From positions 320,001-384,000 of the forward strand of contig CAVUWD010000011.1 in assembly GCA_963745025.1 (NCBI GenBank): 64,000 bases of DNA, written 5' to 3'. Both the position numbers and the translations under genes were made by a program. The notes under the pieces were generated by a model that was not told the origin of the DNA, made no database searches, and saw only the letters and a list, made by a program, of their open reading frames with translations. Below, piece after piece: positions 20,115-28,936 of the stretch. Positions within the stretch are counted from its first letter, which is position 1, and every line of letters starts with the position of its first letter. The DNA is from an uncultured delta proteobacterium (GTDB lineage: Bacteria > Desulfobacterota > Binatia > JACPRU01).

Positions 20115-20972
20115 ATGCGGACGAGCATGGGCCAGGGGATGCTTCGAGGAAAAGTCGCCATCGTGACCGGGGCGGGCAGCCCGATCGGCACGGGCCATGC
20201 GATGGCGCTCGCGCTGGTGCGGGCGGGGGCGCGCGTGGCGTTGCTGGATCTCAACCAGGAATGGCTCGCACGAAGCCTCCGGGAGATCGAAGAGGTCGGC
20301 GGCAGCGGCTCAGCCGTGGCGATCGTAACCGACGTTTCGGACGCCGACGCGGCGGAACGGGCGGTCGACCGCACGATCGCGGAGCTCGGCGGCCTCCACG
20401 TACTCGTCAACAACGCCGGCACCACTCCGCGCGCAAGCGGCTTCAGCACCACCAGCCTGAATTTCTGGGAAGTGCCCGTGGCCGCCTGGGACCGGGTGGT
20501 CGCCGTCAACTTCAGCGGCGCGTTCTACATGGCCCGGGCGGTAGCGGGGCATCTGCTGGCGCAGGGCTGGGGTCGGATCATCGGCGTGACCACGAGCATG
20601 GACACGATGTATCGCAAGCGCGCATCGCCCTACGGGCCGTCCAAGGCCGGGCATGAAGCTCTCGTCGCCCTCATGGCACACGAGCTCGAAGGCAGCGGCG
20701 TGACGGCGAACGTCCTGGTCCCCGGCGGTCCGACCAACACCAACTTCTTCGCCGCCGATGCGAAGGTCGATCGGGCCGCCCTCATTCAACCCGAGGTCAT
20801 GCAAGCGCCGGCAGTCTGGCTCGCCTCCGATGCTTCACAGGCGTTCAACGGCCGACGCATCATCGCGTACTACTGGAACGAGACTCTGCCGCTCGGAGAG
20901 CGGCTCACCAAGGCAAGCGCGCCTGCGGCCTGGCCGCAGCTCGGCGAGCAGGCGATCACCCCACGCCCGTGA
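20115..20972 (+). CDS. SDR family oxidoreductase
   Basis: GKVAIVTGAGSPIGTG, LVNNAG, YGPSK (YxxxK), ANVLVPGG. Confidence 0.92.
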   Translation: MRTSMGQGMLRGKVAIVTGAGSPIGTGHAMALALVRAGARVALLDLNQEWLARSLREIEEVGGSGSAVAIVTDVSDADAAERAVDRTIAELGGLHVLVNNAGTTPRASGFSTTSLNFWEVPVAAWDRVVAVNFSGAFYMARAVAGHLLAQGWGRIIGVTTSMDTMYRKRASPYGPSKAGHEALVALMAHELEGSGVTANVLVPGGPTNTNFFAADAKVDRAALIQPEVMQAPAVWLASDASQAFNGRRIIAYYWNETLPLGERLTKASAPAAWPQLGEQAITPRP

Positions 20973-22330
20973 AGATCACCAACGCGGAAGTCGACCGGAT
21001 TGCCCGAGCGCTCGGGGATGCACCCAGCGCGGCGTACACGACGCCGCACGTGTACCCGTGGGCCGTGCAGAACTTCGAATCGCGGCCGCTCGCCGAACGC
21101 CCACAGCCGGCGACCGGCGATCTCCGACTCTACGTCCACATCCCCTTCTGCAACTACCGCTGTACGTTCTGCTTCTTCGCCGTGCGCGTCGGCGCCAAGC
21201 AGCGGGAAATGGAGCGGTACGTGGCCGCGCTCGAGCGAGAGCTCGAGTGGGTGGCGTCGGGGACCTCGCTCTCACAGTTGTTCATCGGCGGGGGCACGCC
21301 GACCTCTCTGCCCTCCGATCTTCTCGCGGCCCTTCTCGCCGCGATCTTCGCGCGTATGACGTCGTCCGCTGAGCGCCCTCACACCGTGGAGGCGTCCCCG
21401 GAATCGATCCGTGAGGTACACCTGCGCGCGCTGCAGGATCACGGCGTCGGCCGGGTGAGCATGGGCATCGAGAGCCTTGACGACGCGGTGTTGGACGCCG
21501 TGCGCCGCCGCCACAGCCCCGCCCAGGCGCTCGATGCATGTCGACTGGTCGTGGACAGTGGCCTGCTCCTGAACATCGACCTAATCTACGGCCTTCCCGG
21601 TCAGACGGAGGCGAGCTTCCAGCGCGATCTCGAAGCGGTCGCCGCCGCTGGGGTTCACTCGCTCTGCTTGTACGTCTTGCGACTCAACGAGCACACGCCG
21701 GTCGCAGCGCGGCTCGCCGCCGAGGAGCGACTCGACCTAAAGCGGCTGATGCGCTGGCGCGCGTTCGTGACCCGCGCCGCCGAAGAGCTGGGATTCGAGC
21801 AGACGCGTTGCTTCATGTTTGAGCGCCGTCCCACGACCCGGCCGGAGCAGTCGCCGACCTCCGCGGCCGCCGGCACGGTCGACCAACTCGGCATCGGCAT
21901 GAGCGCGCGCTCCCAGCTCGGGAACGTGGTCTACCGCAACCACGAGCGGTGTGAAACGTACTTGCAGCGGATGGAACGAGGCCTGAGCCCCGTCGAGACG
22001 GTGTTCCACCTGGACGTCGCCGACCGCAAGACGCAGTTCGTCGCGGGCTCCCTCGGTTGCGGCAAGGCGCTCTCGCGCGTCGCCTACGAGCACGCGTTCG
22101 GCGCTTCGATCGACACCGACTTCGGCGAGCTGCTCGAGCGCCTCCGCCACGCGGAGCTGATCGAGGACGACGGCGCACGGGTCGTGCTGACCGAGCCGGG
22201 AAAGCTCGTCTACGACCGCGTGCTGCTCTGCTTCTACCCTGAGCGCGCCAAGCGGTGGCTGCGAGACTGGGCCGCCATGCCGAAGGTTCATCGCAGCGGC
22301 TCGGGGCGAGCCTCGGGTCTCGCCGGCTAG
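20969..22330 (+). CDS. HemN-like radical SAM enzyme (copy B, intact)
   Basis: CNYRCTFC, GGGTP, NIDLIYGLPGQT, LGIGMSARSQL; GTGA-coupled to the SDR. Confidence 0.9.
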   Translation: MKITNAEVDRIARALGDAPSAAYTTPHVYPWAVQNFESRPLAERPQPATGDLRLYVHIPFCNYRCTFCFFAVRVGAKQREMERYVAALERELEWVASGTSLSQLFIGGGTPTSLPSDLLAALLAAIFARMTSSAERPHTVEASPESIREVHLRALQDHGVGRVSMGIESLDDAVLDAVRRRHSPAQALDACRLVVDSGLLLNIDLIYGLPGQTEASFQRDLEAVAAAGVHSLCLYVLRLNEHTPVAARLAAEERLDLKRLMRWRAFVTRAAEELGFEQTRCFMFERRPTTRPEQSPTSAAAGTVDQLGIGMSARSQLGNVVYRNHERCETYLQRMERGLSPVETVFHLDVADRKTQFVAGSLGCGKALSRVAYEHAFGASIDTDFGELLERLRHAELIEDDGARVVLTEPGKLVYDRVLLCFYPERAKRWLRDWAAMPKVHRSGSGRASGLAG

Positions 22331-22554
22331 CGCCGAGCTTCGCTCCACGCAAGACGCTACGCCGAGGCAGGTGAGCTCAATAAGCACGTATTCCCGTCGA
22401 TCGGGAAGAGTCCGCTTCGCAATTCCCAGGACATACCTTCCCGGGGACAAATACTACTCGGATCCAGCCATCCAGATGATATTCGGATCCGACAGTGTCG
22501 TGGGAGAACCATCTAGATGGATGCCCGGGAGTCTCGCCCTTCCGCGGCTGCTGC

Positions 22555-22690
22555 TCATTGATTGTCGAGCGGAGCGTAAACCAACTCGCCGCCGTCTACG
22601 ACAAACGTCTGCCCCGTCGCGTAGGCACCGGCAGGACTCGCCAGGTACAGCGCGATGCCCGCGATCTCGCTGCGACATCGCCGGCCACGG
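22555..22690 (-). pseudogene. C-terminal relic of an SDR
   Basis: [27 protein letters not shown], with no N-terminal Rossmann fold upstream. Confidence 0.7.
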
Positions 22691-22766
22691 GTCTGCCGCC
22701 CGGTTAGCAAATGATCGGCAACCCTTCTTGTGGCCATCGCATTCTCGGCATCTCGCACGCGCTCAC

Positions 22767-24167
22767 TCATATCGAGTTGAGGAAGTCGATCAGTTGCCGC
22801 TGCTCGCGTGCGGATAGCGCCTGGAAGGCGGCTGCCGCGGCCTCCCCCTGACCCGCATGCAGACTGATGGCTTCGGCAATCGTGCTGGCGCGGCCGTCGT
22901 GCAGAAAACGGGAGCGAGCGCGCACCCCCCACAATGGTGCCGTACGCATCATCGTCGGACCTGCCGTTCCTGAGGTTATCCCGTCACCCAGCGACCCCAT
23001 GTCGTGCAGCAGGAAGTCGGAGTACGGATGGAAGGTCCGATTGGCGAGGGCCGCGTTGAGCGTCGAGCTGATCGGTACGCCGCCAGTGGTCGGCGGAATG
23101 AACGACGCTGGATTCCGCGCAGTGGTCAGGCTTGGCCTGTGACAGGCGTGGCAGCCGATCTCTTTGAATAGGAGGGCGCCATTACCCCCACTAGAATCTC
23201 GAACGGTGGGCGGCGCGTCCAGCGCCCGCATGAAATCGGTGAACCGGTCGATGTCGGCCCGACCGTCCGCTTCCGTGGGATCCTCCGGGTCCTCACTCAC
23301 CTGCAACACGATACCGAACTGCTGCTCCCCGAGCGCGCAGTTGCTCACCTCCGTCGGACTGTCCGGATTCGTGATGCCCATCTCGTTGAGGTACGCATCC
23401 GCGGAGAACGCGCGCAAAGTCGCGTGGTCGTCCTTCCAGCCAAAGCGCGCGACGCGTTGCGCGCCGTGCTCGGTGACCAGCCGAAGCGTCCCGCGTACCG
23501 CCGACGGCTGGCGTTGCGCCAACTGCTCGAAGGTCGAGTCCGCGACCGCCTCGACCAGGCCTAAGCCAAAGAGTGGGCTTGTGGCTCGCCCGGCGACGCA
23601 GTTTTCACCGCTGGCAAAGTCGGCGCTGCTCGGGTCGCAGGTCGGCAAGCTCGTACGAAAGGTAGTCTTTGCCGCCTCTTCTACTTGGCAGGGCGAGAGC
23701 TGGCATCCCGGCGCGGTTAGCTGACAACCCAACGGCTCCGCCACAATTCCGCTGGTGAAGATGGGGGTACCGCCCTGTGACTGCGGGCCTTGGCGCAGCA
23801 TATTGTCGGCCGCGAAAATGTGTACCGGGCCGGGCTGGGTGTTGTCCCGCACCCGGATCACGTTGACGAACAAGCCCGCGCCGCCAATTGCCGGCTGCGA
23901 GTGACACCCGGCGCACGACACACCGTTGAAGACCGGTCCTATCTGCGGCAGCGTTTCGATTTCTTTGAAGTTGAACTGTCCGGCGGCAAAGATTCGCCGA
24001 TCGTTCGGATCTTGCGCGACCGCCGACAGGGGCGCACCGGAGCCGGTCAGATGAACTACCTCCGGCATTTGTCCACGGTTATTTCGATTCGCCGGTCCAG
24101 CGTAAGCGCTGGCCGCGCCCAGTAAACACGCGAGACAGATAATTTGTACGATTCGCCGAAAACTCAT
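22767..24167 (-). CDS. Secreted di-heme oxidoreductase (DHOR/thiol oxidoreductase family)
   Basis: Signal peptide; [13 protein letters not shown] and GCHACH heme motifs; [45 protein letters not shown]. Confidence 0.88.
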   Translation of the reverse strand: MSFRRIVQIICLACLLGAASAYAGPANRNNRGQMPEVVHLTGSGAPLSAVAQDPNDRRIFAAGQFNFKEIETLPQIGPVFNGVSCAGCHSQPAIGGAGLFVNVIRVRDNTQPGPVHIFAADNMLRQGPQSQGGTPIFTSGIVAEPLGCQLTAPGCQLSPCQVEEAAKTTFRTSLPTCDPSSADFASGENCVAGRATSPLFGLGLVEAVADSTFEQLAQRQPSAVRGTLRLVTEHGAQRVARFGWKDDHATLRAFSADAYLNEMGITNPDSPTEVSNCALGEQQFGIVLQVSEDPEDPTEADGRADIDRFTDFMRALDAPPTVRDSSGGNGALLFKEIGCHACHRPSLTTARNPASFIPPTTGGVPISSTLNAALANRTFHPYSDFLLHDMGSLGDGITSGTAGPTMMRTAPLWGVRARSRFLHDGRASTIAEAISLHAGQGEAAAAAFQALSAREQRQLIDFLNSI

Positions 24168-24347
24168 TCTTCCTCCCGCCCTCCCGCGCGTGCAGTCCGC
24201 GCGGCTTATTTCCAGGGCAAAGCCCAGGTTGGAGGATCGCTGCCAGAAGCGGCCGAATGCCACATGAACTGCGATCTCGGACGCTGGGGTCTCCTCCTTC
24301 CTGCTGCATCTCGCCCAGCCTTACGGTCGTATCGTCCTTGTCGATCG

Positions 24348-24413
24348 TCACCTTCTTGCTGCGGCAACGTCTGGGACGCCGAGGAGGATGGAGGTGAGGC
24401 GGTGCAGTGCCAT
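24348..24413 (-). pseudogene. N-terminal relic of a VOC/extradiol dioxygenase gene
   Basis: MALHRLTSILLGVPDVAAA followed by a stop; located right after the FAH gene, a common FAH-VOC pairing. Confidence 0.55.
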
Positions 24414-24427
24414 CGTTGGCCTCGCCT

Positions 24428-25276
24428 TCAGCGGTCCGCGGGCGCGGCGACGAGGTGGTTGCGCAGAGTGCCGATGCCTTCGACGTAGCTGGTCAGTACT
24501 TCCCCCGGCCTCAGGAAGCGCGGGGGCTTTCGCGTGGCGCCGATGCCCGCCGGGGTGCCGGTGAAGATCACGTCTCCCGGAAGCAGCGGCAAAACCGCCG
24601 AGAGCTCGGCGACGAGGCGCGAGACCCCGAACACCATGTTGGACGTGCGGCTCTTCTGCACCGTCTCGCCGTCGATCGCGCAGCCGAGCTCGAGGTCGTC
24701 GCGGTTCGGAACCTCGTCGGGCGTCACCAGCCATGGCCCCATGGGTCCGAATCCGGGAAACGACTTGCCGAGCGAGAACTGTCCCGCTCCCGCCCACTGG
24801 ACGATCCGCTCGGAGAGATCCTGGCCGACCGTGAGACCCGCGACGTGGTCCCAGGCGGCGCTCTCGGCCACGCGGTAGGCGCGGATGCCGATCACCACAA
24901 CGAGCTCGACTTCCCAGTCGACGTTGGGGGAGGGCAGCCGCACCTCGGCCGCGGGCGCAGTGATGCAGGTCGGGAACTTGGTGAACACGGCCGGGGTCGA
25001 CGGGACGGGCAGCCCGGCTTCCGCCGCGTGCGCCTTGTAGTTGAGACCGATCCCGAACACTTGCGTAGGTCGCGGCGACGGGGCGCCGAGATCCGCTTCG
25101 ACGATGGGTCGGTCTCCGCGGTCGCTCTGCGCGTCCGCCCAGCGACGGAAATCCGCCCACTGCGTGAGCACGGCATGGGGGTCCGCAGGAAATCGCCCGT
25201 GCGAGGCCGTCTCGACGTCGATCGCGCCCGCGCCTGCGACGATCGCCGCGCGCCCTGCCAAATTTGCGAATTTCAT
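24428..25276 (-). CDS. Fumarylacetoacetate hydrolase family protein
   Basis: GIGLNY, DWEVEL, GQDLSER, GKSF, PGDVIFTGTPAG. Confidence 0.93.
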   Translation of the reverse strand: MKFANLAGRAAIVAGAGAIDVETASHGRFPADPHAVLTQWADFRRWADAQSDRGDRPIVEADLGAPSPRPTQVFGIGLNYKAHAAEAGLPVPSTPAVFTKFPTCITAPAAEVRLPSPNVDWEVELVVVIGIRAYRVAESAAWDHVAGLTVGQDLSERIVQWAGAGQFSLGKSFPGFGPMGPWLVTPDEVPNRDDLELGCAIDGETVQKSRTSNMVFGVSRLVAELSAVLPLLPGDVIFTGTPAGIGATRKPPRFLRPGEVLTSYVEGIGTLRNHLVAAPADR

Positions 25277-25741
25277 TGCGTTGATTTCCTTCTGATCGCC
25301 GGCTCACCCTGAGCCCTGTGCGAGGCCCCCGGTGGTCAGCAGCAGCGTGCTGACGCCGACAACCCTCACCGCAGTTGCGACCTTCTTCATTGTCATCCTC
25401 ATTGTCATCTCAGATCCTACGGGTGAAAAATCGCCCAGGCAACGTCAACGATTCGCACGGGACCGTTGCGATCGACAGCCATAGCGCCACACAAGCTTCG
25501 CGCCCCACATGACGCGAGCCATCGGGCGCTGGTTGCGTGTTCTCGGTTACGCACTTCTCGACAACCAGATCAGCCTATCCTGCGGCATCATGACGCTGAA
25601 ACACGTCGTCGAACCTCTCGATCACTTCGGAGGTGTTTGTGTAGTCCATGACAGCTTCACTGTTTGTGACACGCGACGAAGCGCGGAAGCGCGGTTGACA
25701 GGTTGTTCGCGGGCAAGGTAGGGCCCACCCGGAGGTTGACC

Positions 25742-26572
25742 ATGCCTTGTTGGAACGTCGAAGAACGCGACGGGATCGTCGTCGCCGCGCACAATAACCC
25801 GCCGATGAACTACCTCGTCAGCGAGGGGACGGCCGAGCTCGCCGACCTCGTCGAGAGCTGGCGTCGGCCGGAAGTACGGGTGGTCGTGATCACCGGCGCT
25901 CCCAAGGACAAGTACATCACGCATTACAGCGTCGAGGAGCTCGTCAAGCTCGGGGACGACCCCCATCGGCTCCGACAGCTCGCCCGCGGGCTCGTCTTCG
26001 GGTATCACACGCTGCTCCGTTCGCTCGCCTATCTCGACAAGCCCGTCATCGCCGCGATGAACGGGGACACGATGGGCGCCGGGCTCGAGCTATCACTGAA
26101 TTGCGACATCCGGATCGCCCAGCGAGGAGACTTCCGCATCGGCTTCCCCGAGGTGGCGCTCGGCATCCTGACCGGCACGGGCTCGCAACTGCTGGCGCGA
26201 ATGATCGGCGTCGGGCGCGCGCTCGACTTCCTGCTGCGCAGCCGCACGGTCAGTCCAGAAGGAGCGCTGGAGCTCGGCATCGTCAACGAGCTCGCCACGG
26301 ACGCACGGGCACGCGCCCTCGAGGTCGCCGAAGGCTTGAAGTGCCTCTCACCGGTGTCCGTGGTCGCCGCCAAGCGCTCGATCGTGCGCGGCGCGAACCT
26401 GCCGATCGAAGAGGGCCTTCAGATCGAGGGCGAGGAGTGGTTGAAGACGATTGTCACCGACGAGGCCATGCGGCTCATGCGGGACTACGTCGCACAGCCA
26501 TTCGAGAAGCGCAGGGAGTGGATCCGCGCGCACGGCGTACCGCCCGCAGCCGGGAGCGCCACCGGAGCTTGA
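25742..26572 (+). CDS. Enoyl-CoA hydratase/isomerase family protein
   Basis: NPPMN, KPVIAAMNGDTMGAGLELSLNCDIRIA, GFPEVALG. Confidence 0.9.
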   Translation: MPCWNVEERDGIVVAAHNNPPMNYLVSEGTAELADLVESWRRPEVRVVVITGAPKDKYITHYSVEELVKLGDDPHRLRQLARGLVFGYHTLLRSLAYLDKPVIAAMNGDTMGAGLELSLNCDIRIAQRGDFRIGFPEVALGILTGTGSQLLARMIGVGRALDFLLRSRTVSPEGALELGIVNELATDARARALEVAEGLKCLSPVSVVAAKRSIVRGANLPIEEGLQIEGEEWLKTIVTDEAMRLMRDYVAQPFEKRREWIRAHGVPPAAGSATGA

Positions 26573-26617
26573 GCGTCGCCCGAAGCCCGGGGACGGTCCG
26601 CCTCAGTCCGTGGAGCA

Positions 26618-26996
26618 GATCACGGCCAGCGAAGCAACGGGAATGAGCGCGCCGCGTGTGACCCGCACCCGATCAGTTTTCGCACCACTCTCGAGGAGAC
26701 GGACGCGGTCGGTTGTGGTCGGCCCGTACTCGAGTCGATCACAATCGACCGCAACCGCGCGGAGCGCGGAAGACAATCACCCTCGACACTGGTCTATTGT
26801 CTTCCGCGCTTGCGCGCGGTGGCTGGATTTTCCGGTCGACCCGAATCCGGGCCGACCGGAAAGTCCAGCGCTTCCGGATCTCGAGCGCCGGAGGCGAAGA
26901 CTGAGGCATCACGCGCCGCGATCGCCGCGCGACATCGCCCTCCCCTTTGCTGGGATCCGCGGCGTCCGTTTCGCCCGCGTGACGCCCGGCCCAGCG
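26618..26996 (+). ncRNA. Candidate structured non-coding RNA (multibranch, four abutting hairpins inside a long closing stem); family unknown
   Basis: Hairpins at 26705-26752, 26754-26820, 26822-26869 and 26870-26895; closing helix 26673-26681 / 26896-26904; most non-Watson-Crick pairs are G-U on the plus strand. Confidence 0.55.
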
Positions 26997-27016
26997 GCCT
27001 AGCCTCGGAGAGGAAC

Positions 27017-27898
27017 ATGGAAACCGGAAAATTCCGCGGTTTCGAAATATCGATCCACGATCCCGGGATCGCGCTCGTGACGTTCGATCGGCCCGAGCGC
27101 CTGAATGGCACGACGCAGCACATGAAACGCGACCTGGTCGAGACGCTTCTCCAGGTGCAGATGGACGACACGATCCGGGTCATCGTCTTCACCGGCTCCG
27201 GGAGAGCATTCTCCGCCGGGGACGACATCACCGGGCGCGCCGTGGAGTACCCGGGAGCCCGGGCGCTCGTCCCCGACATCCCGCCGGGACACGATCACCC
27301 GACGGGAACGTATAACGGGCTGCGGGCGATCTCGCAGCCGCTGAACCTGGCGGTGAGGAATCTCGACAAGCTCACGATCGCCGCGGTCAACGGTGTGGCG
27401 ATCCAGACGGGTCTCTCGCTCGCCCTCGCCTGCGACTTCCGCATCGCCTCTACGGAGGCGATGCTCGGGAGTGCGACGCTCCGCTTCGGATTCCTGCCCG
27501 ACGAGGGCGGGCAGTTCCTCCTCGTGCAGCTGATCGGCGTCGCGAAGACGATGGACTTCCTGATGCGGAAGCGGATCGTATCGGCCGCCGAGGCGCTGGA
27601 GCTCGGTCTCGTCCACGAGGTGGTACCGCCCTCGGAGCTGATGCTCCGAGCAATGGACCTCGCCCGCGAGCTGGCGGAAGGACCGCAGGTCGCGATGCGC
27701 ATGCTGAAGCGGTCGATCTACAACGCCGCCGAGATGACGTTCGCTCAGGCGCTCGACGAGATCGCAGCGAAGACGGCTGTCAGCGACCATCACCCCGACG
27801 CCGCGGAGGGCGTGAAGGCGTTCCAGGAGAAGCGGGCTCCGCGCTTCAACCGCTGGATCGAGGAGCGTAGATCGGCCGCAGCCAAATCGCCGCGCTAG
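27017..27898 (+). CDS. Enoyl-CoA hydratase/isomerase (PaaG-like)
   Basis: FDRPERLNG, TGSGRAFSAGDD, IAAVNGVA, LALACDFRIA, EGVKAFQEKRAPRF; RBS GGAGAGG. Confidence 0.9.
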   Translation: METGKFRGFEISIHDPGIALVTFDRPERLNGTTQHMKRDLVETLLQVQMDDTIRVIVFTGSGRAFSAGDDITGRAVEYPGARALVPDIPPGHDHPTGTYNGLRAISQPLNLAVRNLDKLTIAAVNGVAIQTGLSLALACDFRIASTEAMLGSATLRFGFLPDEGGQFLLVQLIGVAKTMDFLMRKRIVSAAEALELGLVHEVVPPSELMLRAMDLARELAEGPQVAMRMLKRSIYNAAEMTFAQALDEIAAKTAVSDHHPDAAEGVKAFQEKRAPRFNRWIEERRSAAAKSPR

Positions 27899-28012
27899 AA
27901 GAAGTGCGGGATGTCCCGTTCGCTGTCGAACCTTGGCAATTCCTTGATCGCGGTCTCAGCCTCGATCAACAACACCAACTCAGGAGTGGACCTCGAATGC
28001 TCGAACCTGGGG

Positions 28013-28315
28013 CTACGTCATCGCCGAGACCGACTCGACCGAGTATCGCTTGATCGCTGACGGCCCGGCGAGAAGCCCTGGAAGCTGCTGCCGGAAGACT
28101 CGCATGTGCTCGGTTTGAAAATGGTGCGCCAACGCCTCGTCACTCTCCCATTCCTCGAAGATGAGGATCGTGTTCGGGTCCTCGAGATCGGCCGAGAACT
28201 GGTAGGTGATGCAGCCCTGCTCCTTCCGGGTGGCTTCTGCCATCGCGAGCGCTGCGCGTATTGCGTCCTGGCGTCGTTCCGGACGGACCAGCACTTTTCC
28301 TGTGACTACGGTCAT
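28013..28315 (-). CDS. Antibiotic biosynthesis monooxygenase (ABM)/putative quinol monooxygenase
   Basis: TRKEQGCITY, FEEWES...HFQTEHM; RBS AAGGAG. Confidence 0.9.
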   Translation of the reverse strand: MTVVTGKVLVRPERRQDAIRAALAMAEATRKEQGCITYQFSADLEDPNTILIFEEWESDEALAHHFQTEHMRVFRQQLPGLLAGPSAIKRYSVESVSAMT

Positions 28316-28936
28316 CTGTCATCTCCTTCCGTCGCTTGTGATGATCGGCGTCAACTCCGGCCGTGTACCTCTCCGAGGACAAGGACGCGAACCGAAGGTC
28401 AAGCCGGATTTCTGGCTCCGGCGGCTGCCCCGTGGAAGGCCGGGCGCACGTCGGCCCCGTGAGAGTCGAGCTCGGCGAGGCGCCGTCGATGAGCTTCCCC
28501 AACGAAGACAACCAGCTGCTTCGCCTCGCAGCTGCGGGTCGAGCTCCCCTCGCGCTCCCGAGCTCGGCGAGCCTCGAGCGGAGGGGGATCGTCGCCCGTA
28601 CACCTCCGAAGGGAGCGACGGAGTCGCATACGATCGCGCTCGGCTTGTAGAAATATTCCTCGAGAAAGTGGTCGAGGAGATTGGGGCCCGAGGAGCGTCA
28701 TCCCCCGATCGCGAGGTCGTCAAGATTTCGAAGTCGGGAAGGTCTCCACCGGAACTCCGAACGATGCGGCGAACGGGCGTACAAAGTCGGACAATTGGGG
28801 TCTTCAGCTCTTTCGGATGAGTAAATTTAGGTACCCGTAAGGATCTGAAATTATAGTGTTTTCTGGCCACCAAGCACGTTAGACTTCCACTGGTATGGGG
28901 TATGCTCTGTGTCGTCCGAAGATGGCCGGTTAAGTT

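Larger units (their letters stand above)
13620..22300 (+). repeat. Copy B of the duplicated cluster
   Basis: Collinear with 4130-9560. Confidence 0.95.

Noticed and set aside
22372-22420. ELNKHVFPSIGKSPL resembling an integrase core-binding motif at the end of copy B
   Set aside because: Only 15 residues with no supporting flanks; chance similarity cannot be excluded.
26630-26910. Cobalamin riboswitch or RNase P RNA as the identity of the structured region
   Set aside because: Only fragments match (AACGGGAA, CACTGG, GGAAAGTCC). The B12 box and the RNase P 3' motif are missing, and these words lie inside long stems. A cmscan run is still needed.
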